Shown one piece after another: positions 10,101 to 18,491 of a stretch of DNA of 64,000 nt. The notes beneath the pieces were generated by a model. That model did not search any database. It was given only the letters and a program-made list of their open reading frames with translations, and was not told the DNA's origin. Source of the stretch: an uncultured bacterium (GTDB lineage Bacteria; Oederibacteriota; PGYV01; CAWJRG01); contig CAWJRG010000009.1 in NCBI GenBank assembly GCA_963845185.1, positions 536,743 through 600,742 of the forward strand, written 5' to 3'. Every line of letters starts with the position of its first letter. Position 1 is the first letter of the stretch. Position numbers and translations under genes: made by a program.

Positions 10101-11312
10101 GTGTCATTGACAATTACCCTGACAAACACGCCTTCGCCTACAGCAACATATACAGCTACACCTACGGGAACAAAGACAATAACACCAACATGGAGCCCGA
10201 CGAATACACCGACACTGATAGATACACCTACATTCACCGGTACAGCAACTGCCACAATTACACTTACGTTTACAGGAACATCGACATTTACAGCAACAAT
10301 TATATACACACTTACCAATACTGAAATTGTATCGGAAACACCGACTTATACAGCCACAATTTACACGCCGACAATTTCGCCGACATCTACAATAACACCA
10401 ACAATAACATTAACGGAATCGCCTTCATTAACAGATACGGCAACGTACACTACAACAGGAACAAAGACATGGACAAATACACCATTACCTACGCTTACAA
10501 ATACGCCACAAAACACCGCAACAAGTACAGTCACGCCTACTGTAGGAGCAAATCTTGTAGCGGCTATTACTGTATCGCCGGGGAGTGCAATGATCGGCCA
10601 GGATATAACTGTAATAATGCAAGTAGTAAATACAGGGACAAATGGCGTGGATAACTTACAGCCTTCAACGCTGGCTCAAACAGGCGGTGGAACAGCTGTC
10701 CTTGTAAGCGGGCCCAGCCCTGCAAGTACTGCAATAGCCTCGGGGACAGCAGGATCATTTACGTGGATATATACAGTGACTTCTGTGGCAGGGAACATAA
10801 CATTCAGCGGCAGTGCAAGCGGCACAGACGCGGTAAACGGCATAATAGTTTCAACTTCATCAGTGTCGAGTAATCCTTTAATATGCGTTACAGCCACAGC
10901 AACATTAGCAAATTCGATTACAGTTACCATAACGGCGACAAATACAATAACGCCGAGTATTACGGCGACCAATCCAGTGGCGACAGCCAGCTTTACACCG
11001 ACAAACCAGGTTACTGTTTTGACTGTCACTGCTACTATTGTTATCGCAGAACCGCCACGGATATATCCAAACCCGGTGAAAGACAGGTTTAGATATGTAT
11101 TTACCCTGACAGAAGACGCGGATATAGAAATAACAATATATACAGCGGCATACAGGCTGATAGCAAAATTTGACCAGAGACAGAGCGCAGGGTTAAACAC
11201 TATTGTAATAGACACACAAGGTATGGCAAACGGAACATATTTTATCGTATATAAGCAAAAAGGGCAGACAACAAATACCAGAAGAATTGATAAATTTATT
11301 GTTTTAAAATAA
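7200..11312 (+). CDS. Giant secreted cell-surface protein: Cys-containing N-terminal domain, about 900 aa of Thr-x-Thr repeats, DUF11/CARDB-like domain, T9SS/FlgD-Ig-like C-terminal sorting domain
   Basis: ATG at 7200 is preceded by ggagatggag and followed by a signal peptide (LIIFFIFYAIILMPSMAFA). The long ORF drawn from 7095 lies in the same frame but overlaps the GH5 gene. Repeats such as TPTYTVTLTWTNTPQNTVTLTATGTNT recur throughout. The C-terminus reads YPNPVKDRF...IYTAAYRLI...GTYFIVY...FIVLK. Confidence 0.8.
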   Translation: MPKARAKEKRSREGACKNNLIIFFIFYAIILMPSMAFATTTVQNMAVSPGTVSAGQNVTITFSFMSTNTGCKISYFAALSNQCALQNAGTAGQSILVSESGMDVLNTSVNGGRTSLCNGDNTYHATTETTCGMETGGGPIYMTVPSSWANGTYYAIVAVRDCNIYMNPACCSNMDNQYCVSFNVGVAGSPTNTPLPTRTTTPTPVPVGVIVNVAQIGFGNSSSVSFNVLSPTQTSTQQSNPTFTRTSTMTNTKTSTPSFTFTCTNTFTPTNTFTVTGTNTPQNTVTLTATGTSTALPTATNTATPTLSATRTNTVTPTYTATATNSQLPTATRTNTPTYTVTLTWTSTLQNTVTLTATGTSTPLPTATNTATPTLSATRTNTVTPTFTSTTTVTYTNTLTWTNTPQNTATLTATGTNTLLPTGTNTQSPSPSATVSMTATRTSTATNTPTYTATLTWTNTPQNTITLTATGTNTPSATATFTATKTSTATNTPTYTVTLTWTNTPQNTVTLTGTETNTPSATATFTATRTNTLTYTATMTWTNTLQNTITLTVTGTDTSSVTPTFTVTKTNTASNTPTYTCTMTGTSTVTLTFTLTNTPSLTVTATFTRTVTPTFTSSPVVSPTPTFTNIIFTWTITQTFTISPTITMTNTLLPTGTNTATPSLTATRSNTATPTFTSTPTATYTVTLTWTNTPQNTATLTETSTNTQLPTGTNTATPSLTATRSSTATPTLTVTSTATYSVTLTLTNTPQNTATFTATETNTSSASPTFTMTRTNTATNTQTNTPSFTTTLTFTRTVTLTFTSSPAVSPTPTFTNIIFTWTITQTFTISPTITMTNTPIPTETNTETPTFTATRTNTATMTLTTTLTQTYTITLTWTSTALDTATSTETGTNTILPTWTSTATLTFTDTRTYTATITPTYSATLTWTNTPQNTTTLTVTATNSCACTGTPTYTATIFTPTITPTYTVSLTITLTNTPSPTATYTATPTGTKTITPTWSPTNTPTLIDTPTFTGTATATITLTFTGTSTFTATIIYTLTNTEIVSETPTYTATIYTPTISPTSTITPTITLTESPSLTDTATYTTTGTKTWTNTPLPTLTNTPQNTATSTVTPTVGANLVAAITVSPGSAMIGQDITVIMQVVNTGTNGVDNLQPSTLAQTGGGTAVLVSGPSPASTAIASGTAGSFTWIYTVTSVAGNITFSGSASGTDAVNGIIVSTSSVSSNPLICVTATATLANSITVTITATNTITPSITATNPVATASFTPTNQVTVLTVTATIVIAEPPRIYPNPVKDRFRYVFTLTEDADIEITIYTAAYRLIAKFDQRQSAGLNTIVIDTQGMANGTYFIVYKQKGQTTNTRRIDKFIVLK
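7900..10545 (+). repeat. In-frame ACN-codon tandem repeat array (period about 117-120 bp) with nested long repeats
   Basis: Diverged tandem units encode TLTWTNTPQNT-x-TLTATGTNT. Near-identical 123-bp copies lie at 9031-9153 and 9591-9713. A second repeated unit lies at 9176-9230 and 9341-9400. Confidence 0.85.
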
Positions 11313-11326
11313 CACACTAAAAATAA

Positions 11327-11354
11327 TTGACAAAATCGCAGAATAGTGTAAAAT
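11327..11354 (+). promoter_or_regulatory. Sigma70-type promoter of the gap-pgk-tpiA operon (TTGACA-16-TAAAAT)
   Basis: ttgaca at 11327-11332, 16-nt spacer, taaaat at 11349-11354. A 9-bp GC hairpin (gggaacggc/gccgttccc, 11379-11406) lies in the 5' UTR. Confidence 0.6.
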
Positions 11355-11418
11355 TTCACATAACCAAAATCCAAAGCAGGGAACGGCGACAAAAAGTGCC
11401 GTTCCCGCAATTATTTAA

Positions 11419-12462
<1,044 letters not shown>

Positions 12463-12529
12463 TTAAAAAAGTGTTTTAGGTTTTTAATCATAGAGATATT
12501 TATTAAGATAATTAACGGAGGTAATTTTT

Positions 12530-13756
12530 ATGGCTAAGTTAACCATTGAAGATTTGGGAAACAGCGGAGAACTGACAGGCAAAAGAGTATTGATGCGCGT
12601 TGATTTCAACGTGCCTCTTGACGAGAAACGCAACATAACTTCTGACAAGAGGATAACAGCGTCTTTGCCGTCCATAAAATATGTAATCGAAAAAAAGGGC
12701 AGGCTTATCCTGATGTCCCATCTCGGCAGGCCAAAAGGCAAGAAAGCCCCTGAATTCTCGCTTGACGTGGTGGCTAAAAAATTGTCCGAACTGCTCGGAA
12801 AAGAAGTAAAGTTTGCGCCTGACTGCATAGGGCCTGAAGTGAAAAAAATGGCGGATTCTTTAAAGGACGGCGACGTGATGCTGCTTGAAAACCTCAGGTT
12901 TTACAAGGAAGAGGAAGGCAATGACCCGGAGTTCGCGAAAAAACTCGCGGAACTCGGAGAAGTCTATATAAACGACGCATTCGGCACGGCACACAGGGCG
13001 CATGCGTCCACCGAGGGCGTGTGCAAGTACATGAAAAAATGCGCGGCAGGCTTTTTGATGCAGAAAGAACTGCAGTTCCTCGGCCAGATACTGACAAACC
13101 CGGCAAGGCCTTTTCTGGCAATACTCGGCGGGGCAAAAGTAAGCGATAAAATAATGGTTATAGAAAACCTTCTTAACAAGGTAAACTCCCTGATAATAGG
13201 CGGAGGAATGGCGTACACGTTTCTGAAAGCCCAGTCAAAAGAAATAGGCAATTCACTTTGCGAAAACGACAAGATTGACACGGCAAAGGATATAATTAAA
13301 AAGGCGCTGGACAAGGATGTTGCTATTTACCTTCCTATAGATCATATAGTGGCTAAAAGGCCTGCCGGCATACCGGATTTTATAGAATCCCTGAAAAAAG
13401 CCGAATACAAAGAGGTAATGAGGGATACCATAGACGAAGGATGGGAAGGTGTTGACATAGGGCCAATGACAATAGAAAAATTCAAAAATGTCATAAAGAA
13501 ATCTAAAACAATATTCTGGAACGGGCCTATGGGAGTATTTGAAGTCGAGCAGTTTGCAAAAGGCACACTTGAAATAGGAAAGGCAATGGCTGAGTCAGGC
13601 GCGGTTACCGTGGTAGGCGGCGGAGATTCGGCGTCTGCCTTAAAAAAGCTTAAACTTACGGATAAAATGACTCATGTATCTACTGGAGGAGGCGCTTCGA
13701 TGGAATTTATGGAAGGAAAAGAGCTTCCAGGTGTGGCAGCGCTGACTAATAAATAA
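12530..13756 (+). CDS. pgk: Phosphoglycerate kinase
   Basis: RVDFNVPLD near the N-terminus and full-length PGK-like sequence. RBS aacggagg. Confidence 0.96.
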   Translation: MAKLTIEDLGNSGELTGKRVLMRVDFNVPLDEKRNITSDKRITASLPSIKYVIEKKGRLILMSHLGRPKGKKAPEFSLDVVAKKLSELLGKEVKFAPDCIGPEVKKMADSLKDGDVMLLENLRFYKEEEGNDPEFAKKLAELGEVYINDAFGTAHRAHASTEGVCKYMKKCAAGFLMQKELQFLGQILTNPARPFLAILGGAKVSDKIMVIENLLNKVNSLIIGGGMAYTFLKAQSKEIGNSLCENDKIDTAKDIIKKALDKDVAIYLPIDHIVAKRPAGIPDFIESLKKAEYKEVMRDTIDEGWEGVDIGPMTIEKFKNVIKKSKTIFWNGPMGVFEVEQFAKGTLEIGKAMAESGAVTVVGGGDSASALKKLKLTDKMTHVSTGGGASMEFMEGKELPGVAALTNK

Positions 13757-13828
13757 ATTTGTATTGGTCTCTGACTGTAAATTTTGATAAAATTTTTTAG
13801 CAGATAGACAAATAATAGGAGGTTTAAT

Positions 13829-14590
13829 TTGCGGATTCCTTTAATAGCCGGTAACTGGAAAATGTATAAGACAATAGATGAAGCTGTGGAGCTGATAAAG
13901 ACCTTAAAAACGGTTTTAAAAGACGTTCCGCCACAGCAGGTTGAGATAGCTGTTTGCCCTCCTTTTGTTGATTTACAGGCAGTGGCAGCGCTTGTCGAAG
14001 GCACGAATATAATACTTGGAGCACAAAATATGTACGCTGCACAGGAAGGTGCATTTACAGGTGAAATATCGCCATTAATGCTCCGCGAAGTCGGGTGTGA
14101 ATATGTTATAATAGGGCATTCGGAAAGAAGGACTTATTTCAAGGAAACAAATGAGGATGTAAATAAAAAAGTAAAAATTGCGATAGAGCACGGCTTGAAG
14201 CCTATTATGTGTGTCGGAGAAACCCTTCAGGAAAGGGAAAAAGGCGTCACAAACGACGTTGTAAAAGACCATGTTCTGGGAGGGCTTAAGGACATACCAA
14301 AAGAAAAAGCGCAGGGTATAGTCATAGCATATGAACCTGTATGGGCCATTGGTACAGGCAAAACAGCCACGCCCGAACAGGCGCAGGAAGTCCATAAATA
14401 TATCAGGGGCTTGCTTGCAGGTTTATACGATGATAAAACTGCTGAGATAATGCGGATACAATACGGCGGAAGCGTAAAGCCGAACAATGCAAAGACATTG
14501 ATGGCACAGCCGGATATTGACGGCGCGCTTGTGGGCGGAGCATCCCTCGATGCAGGTTCGTTTGAACAGATTATAAAATTCTATAAATGA
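13829..14590 (+). CDS. tpiA: Triosephosphate isomerase
   Basis: IAGNWKMY, GHSERR and AYEPVWAIGTGKTAT motifs. TTG start 9 nt after aggagg. Confidence 0.95.
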   Translation: MRIPLIAGNWKMYKTIDEAVELIKTLKTVLKDVPPQQVEIAVCPPFVDLQAVAALVEGTNIILGAQNMYAAQEGAFTGEISPLMLREVGCEYVIIGHSERRTYFKETNEDVNKKVKIAIEHGLKPIMCVGETLQEREKGVTNDVVKDHVLGGLKDIPKEKAQGIVIAYEPVWAIGTGKTATPEQAQEVHKYIRGLLAGLYDDKTAEIMRIQYGGSVKPNNAKTLMAQPDIDGALVGGASLDAGSFEQIIKFYK

Positions 14591-14626
14591 TTTCGCACGG
14601 ATGATTTAGAAAATATCCATGCAATC

Positions 14627-14785
14627 ATACCGCTTGTCTGGGTAGTTTTTATATTAAATGAATTATGGATACTATCCGTCAAATAATCCACCGGATTATT
14701 TAACTGACCGCTCGGGACTTGAGCGGGTATAAGAGTCCGTAAAATTTTGTCCTTGCTGTTGACGCTCGACAAAATCAACGGACTC
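14627..14785 (+). promoter_or_regulatory. Conserved structured 5'-leader element, copy A (candidate novel cis-regulatory RNA); core 14708-14785
   Basis: Contains ccgctc-ggga-cttgagcgggta. Outer 8-bp stem gagtccgt/acggactc encloses inner stem aaaattttgtc/gacaaaat and a loop with ctgttgacg. Ends 5 nt before the secG RBS (gaggtg). Relative to copy B it carries an extra roughly 62-nt insert at 14646-14707. Confidence 0.55.
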
Positions 14786-14801
14786 TAAAAGAGGTGAGAA
14801 T

Positions 14802-15278
14802 ATGCTTTATTCAATAGTATGGTTTTTACACGTAGTAATCACATTTCTTCTTATAATCGTCGTTCTGTTGCAGACAGGTAAAGGTTCTGAAATAGGTTTT
14901 GCCCTTGGTGCAGGCACTGCACAGACAATGTTTGGCGCAAGCGGGGGCAGGACATTCATAACAAAGTTTACCGTAATTCTCGCAGTTTCCTTTATGTGCA
15001 CTTCGATATTCCTGGCCATATACCAGTCAAAAAGTCTGGAAGGGTATCATGGTGTTATTAAGCCTGTAAAAAGCTCGGGAATGCCCGAAGCTCCAGGAGC
15101 CCAACAGCAGGCACCGGCATCGAATGAACAGGGAAATGCAAATGAAATGGCAGTCCCAAATAATAAAGAAGGCGGAAAATCCCAGGCAAATTCACAGCCT
15201 GCGCCCGCGAATAAACCAGTAGTTCCGTCCGGTCAGAATTCAGGGTCAAATCCGCAACTGCCGGTGGAAGGAAAGTAA
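14802..15278 (+). CDS. secG: Preprotein translocase subunit SecG with a long low-complexity C-terminal extension
   Basis: N-terminal SecG signature LLQTGKGSEIGFALGAGTAQTMFGASGG and two TM segments. About 80 extra C-terminal residues are rich in Q/A/P/N/S. Confidence 0.8.
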   Translation: MLYSIVWFLHVVITFLLIIVVLLQTGKGSEIGFALGAGTAQTMFGASGGRTFITKFTVILAVSFMCTSIFLAIYQSKSLEGYHGVIKPVKSSGMPEAPGAQQQAPASNEQGNANEMAVPNNKEGGKSQANSQPAPANKPVVPSGQNSGSNPQLPVEGK

Positions 15279-15361
15279 TTTAAAGTATTTTGTATCCGTG
15301 TTTAACTTTTAGCAGGCTTGCTTTTGGCACATTTCTATAATTCAAAATATCAAGGGGTATT

Positions 15362-16990
15362 ATGAAAAAAACTTCAATTCTGATTTTATCGCTGCTTATA
15401 ATATTAATCTTTTATTCCTGCAATCAAAAACCAAAATATATCATGAAAAAAGACTATGTTGACAAACCGGCATATGGCGATATGCTGGTTGATTCAACTT
15501 CAAGCGACCCGATAGCGTTAAATCCTGTACTTGCCTCTGATTCAGCATCTTTTGCAGTTATAGACATGATTTTTAATGGTCTTGCCAAGTATGATAAGGA
15601 TTTGAACCTCGTCGGCGATTTGGCCAGCAAATGGATAATTTCGCCTGACGGTAAAATGATCACTTTTTACTTAAAAAAAGGCGTGAAATGGCAAGATGGA
15701 GTTGAATTTACTGCTGAAGACGTAAAATTCACTTATGAAAAATTTGTTGATCCCAAGATTAAGACCGCATATAGCAGCATGTTTCAAATGGTAGATAAGG
15801 TTGAAATTATTGATAAATATAAATTTAAAGTATTTTATAAGGAGCCTTTTGCGCCAGCTCTTGAAACATGGGGAATATCCATATTGCCCAAGCACCTTTT
15901 AAGTGGCAAGGATTTTAATACTGCTGAATTCAATAGAAATCCTGTAGGAACAGGCCCTTATAAGTTTAAAAAATGGATTACAGCCCAAAAAGTTGAACTT
16001 GTTGCCAATAAAGAGTATTTTGAAGGAGAACCATATATACAAAACCATACTTTTATGATAATACCTGACGAATCAGCCCAGTTCATGAACCTTCAAGCAG
16101 GCAATATTGATTTTATGGGATTAACACCAGACCTTTATTTTACAAAAGCAGCGACAAAAGAGCTAGAGCAAAGCTTTAACAAATACAATTATCCATCATT
16201 TTCATACACTTATATCGGATATAATGAAACTAATCCTTTATTTACAAGTAAAAATGTGAGGCAGGCATTATCATATGCTATTAATAAAGATGAGATTATA
16301 AAAGGTGTCAGGAGAGGCCTTGCTATGCCTATTACAGGTCCTTTTATACCTGGTTCCTGGGCTTATAATACAAAAGTCAAGAGTTATGACTATGATCCTG
16401 AAAAAGCAAAGAAAATGCTTGAAAAAGAGGGTTGGAAACAGGAAAAAGACGGTTTTCTTTATAAAGACGGCAAAAAGTTCTCTTTTACACTTATGACAAA
16501 TCAGGGAGTGAACGAAAGAATGCAGATTGCCACTATAGTCCAGCAGCAATTTGCCAAACTGGGAATAGAGGTTAACATTAGGGTTATTGCCTGGAACGTT
16601 TTTATACCTGAATATATAGACAAAAAAAAATTTGAAGCAGTAGTAATGGGCTGGCAATTATCGCGAGACCCCGACTGCTATGATATATGGCATTCATCAA
16701 AAACAAAAGAAGGCGAGTTTAATTTTATATCCTATAAAAATCCTGAGGTGGATAAGCTGCTTGTTCGGGGCAGAACAACCTATGACAAAAGCAAAAGAAG
16801 AGCTATTTACCATGAAATACATAAACTTATAGCAGAGGATTGCCCATATACATTTTTATACACGCCATATGAACTGCCCATTATTCATAAAAGGTTTCAC
16901 GGCATAGCACCGGCTCCTGCAGGAATTGGATATAATTTTATAAAATGGTATGTGCCGGCTGAAATACAAAAATATGAAATGATGCGATAA
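15362..16990 (+). CDS. ABC transporter substrate-binding lipoprotein, family 5 (oligopeptide/dipeptide/nickel type)
   Basis: Lipoprotein signal peptide with Cys (LIFYSC). Length and sequence are typical of the SBP_bac_5 family. No permease genes are adjacent. Confidence 0.8.
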   Translation: MKKTSILILSLLIILIFYSCNQKPKYIMKKDYVDKPAYGDMLVDSTSSDPIALNPVLASDSASFAVIDMIFNGLAKYDKDLNLVGDLASKWIISPDGKMITFYLKKGVKWQDGVEFTAEDVKFTYEKFVDPKIKTAYSSMFQMVDKVEIIDKYKFKVFYKEPFAPALETWGISILPKHLLSGKDFNTAEFNRNPVGTGPYKFKKWITAQKVELVANKEYFEGEPYIQNHTFMIIPDESAQFMNLQAGNIDFMGLTPDLYFTKAATKELEQSFNKYNYPSFSYTYIGYNETNPLFTSKNVRQALSYAINKDEIIKGVRRGLAMPITGPFIPGSWAYNTKVKSYDYDPEKAKKMLEKEGWKQEKDGFLYKDGKKFSFTLMTNQGVNERMQIATIVQQQFAKLGIEVNIRVIAWNVFIPEYIDKKKFEAVVMGWQLSRDPDCYDIWHSSKTKEGEFNFISYKNPEVDKLLVRGRTTYDKSKRRAIYHEIHKLIAEDCPYTFLYTPYELPIIHKRFHGIAPAPAGIGYNFIKWYVPAEIQKYEMMR

Positions 16991-17079
16991 TTAAAAAAAT
17001 AACCTTCTATTTCGGGGAGATAGGCACTAATATCCCGTTTGAAAAGCTTAATTTTTAAATTGTTTACTGGAGGTGAGGT

Positions 17080-18315
17080 GTGAAAAGGGCAGGTTACAGG
17101 CAGTCAAATACACGCTTAACATCTGCTTGTGCGTGTGCAATGGCTGTTCTTGCTATTGTTTTATGCCTTTTTAAAAATTCTATGGCTGAAAACCAAAAAA
17201 TTAGACTTGTCTGGCAGAGGCCGGTTGTGCCGTCGCAATATTCCGAAGCCTGCATGGCAATACATGACAATGAAATTTATTGTAATAATGCACGATTAAG
17301 CATTAAAACAGGAAATATAAAACATATCTTTCGCACGGAAACCATGCTGGGGGCAGGTATAGAAATCATTGGTTTCGCCGCGGGGACAATCATATTTGCT
17401 GCAAAGAATTACTTTGATGAGGAGGAAGAAAACCCAGGTTGTGAATTTTCTTGGCACGCATTTGATTTAAGAACAAACAGATTGCTGTGGACAACCGCAA
17501 ATGCAATAACCGGTCATTTTTTCAATGTCCGCACGAAAACACGGCCGGATGCAATACTTGCGGTATGCGGCGATACCGCGCTTCTCGTAAAGGGAGATGA
17601 ACAGGAGCAACTGGAGGCACTGAACGCAAGAACGGGAAAAACAATCTGGCTAAAGCATGATATGGCCGTATATGATATGGTTGCGGAAAATGACCGTGTT
17701 TTCATAACAACAAATGACAATAAAGCAATTGCGTTATCATTGGCAGATGGGAAACTTATATGGCAAGCAAAACTGCTTGGAGACCGGATAGAAAAAATAT
17801 CGCTCGGCAAAAAGCTGATATATATACCTTGCAGCAGGTCTGAAAACGAAGAAAGCCTGCTGACGGCTCTGGACAAGGAGACAGGCAAGCAGGTCTGGAA
17901 AAAAACATTTTCGAAAACAAACCTGTTTCCGGCAGCAGTATCCGATGATATGCTATGCATAACAGAGCAGCCGGTTGCCGACTTTAAACCGGGCAGTTTT
18001 CTTGCCCTGGACGCTGTCAACGGACAAGAAAAATGGAAATACGAAATAACCGCGGATTATAACGGGCATGATTTTCAGCCAGTTATAACGGAAGATAAGG
18101 TTATAATATGGTCGGGGGATCCTGAATATATGAGGAAAAACGGCTCAAGCGGCGATATCAGCATGCTGTGCCTGAACCGTTATGACGGGAAATTGATATG
18201 GAAATACAAGCCGCCTGAAAAGGAAAAATACATATATTCCAGGCTAATTGTTTGTGGAAAATATATTTTTTTCAACGACACGGAAGATGTATATTGCATA
18301 AAATCAGGTATTTGA
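17080..18315 (+). CDS. PQQ-like beta-propeller repeat protein (BamB-like), secreted
   Basis: Signal peptide present. Repeated GK(L/Q)(I/V)W(K/Q) motifs (GKLIWQAK, GKQVWKK, GQEKWKYE, GKLIWKYK) are typical of PQQ/BamB propeller blades. GTG start after ggaggtgagg. Confidence 0.7.
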   Translation: MKRAGYRQSNTRLTSACACAMAVLAIVLCLFKNSMAENQKIRLVWQRPVVPSQYSEACMAIHDNEIYCNNARLSIKTGNIKHIFRTETMLGAGIEIIGFAAGTIIFAAKNYFDEEEENPGCEFSWHAFDLRTNRLLWTTANAITGHFFNVRTKTRPDAILAVCGDTALLVKGDEQEQLEALNARTGKTIWLKHDMAVYDMVAENDRVFITTNDNKAIALSLADGKLIWQAKLLGDRIEKISLGKKLIYIPCSRSENEESLLTALDKETGKQVWKKTFSKTNLFPAAVSDDMLCITEQPVADFKPGSFLALDAVNGQEKWKYEITADYNGHDFQPVITEDKVIIWSGDPEYMRKNGSSGDISMLCLNRYDGKLIWKYKPPEKEKYIYSRLIVCGKYIFFNDTEDVYCIKSGI

Positions 18316-18413
18316 TAGGTCAGTGCTGGATGCGGAAGAAATCAGTATTAAGATACGCAATTAATTTCACCCGTGTATTAAATTATAATTTAAGGCGAGA
18401 GGTTTTAAATATA

Positions 18414-18441
18414 TTGCATTTTTTTTTGTTTATTATATAAT
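18414..18441 (+). promoter_or_regulatory. Sigma70-type promoter for argS (TTGCAT-16-TATAAT)
   Basis: ttgcat at 18414-18419, 16-nt spacer, tataat at 18436-18441. Confidence 0.55.
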
Positions 18442-18491
18442 AACGCGTCATTTCACATCTGATTCATTACATAAACACAAGGAGAATATTT

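Noticed and set aside
7658-10318. Long minus-strand ORFs (208, 539 and 87 aa) made of V-x-V repeats.
   Set aside because: They are the reverse complement of the ACN Thr-codon repeat array of the + strand gene. They have no start or RBS context.
7900-10545. Regular approximately 120-bp periodic repeats that could be mistaken for a CRISPR-like array.
   Set aside because: The repeats are imperfect and in-frame coding with no unique spacers, and there are no cas genes. This is a protein-coding tandem repeat.
14752-14767. TTGACG in the loop of element A/B as a -35 hexamer for secG or the FGE gene.
   Set aside because: It is not conserved in copy C (ttagct). No suitably spaced -10 follows in any copy. 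The surrounding covariation argues for RNA structure.
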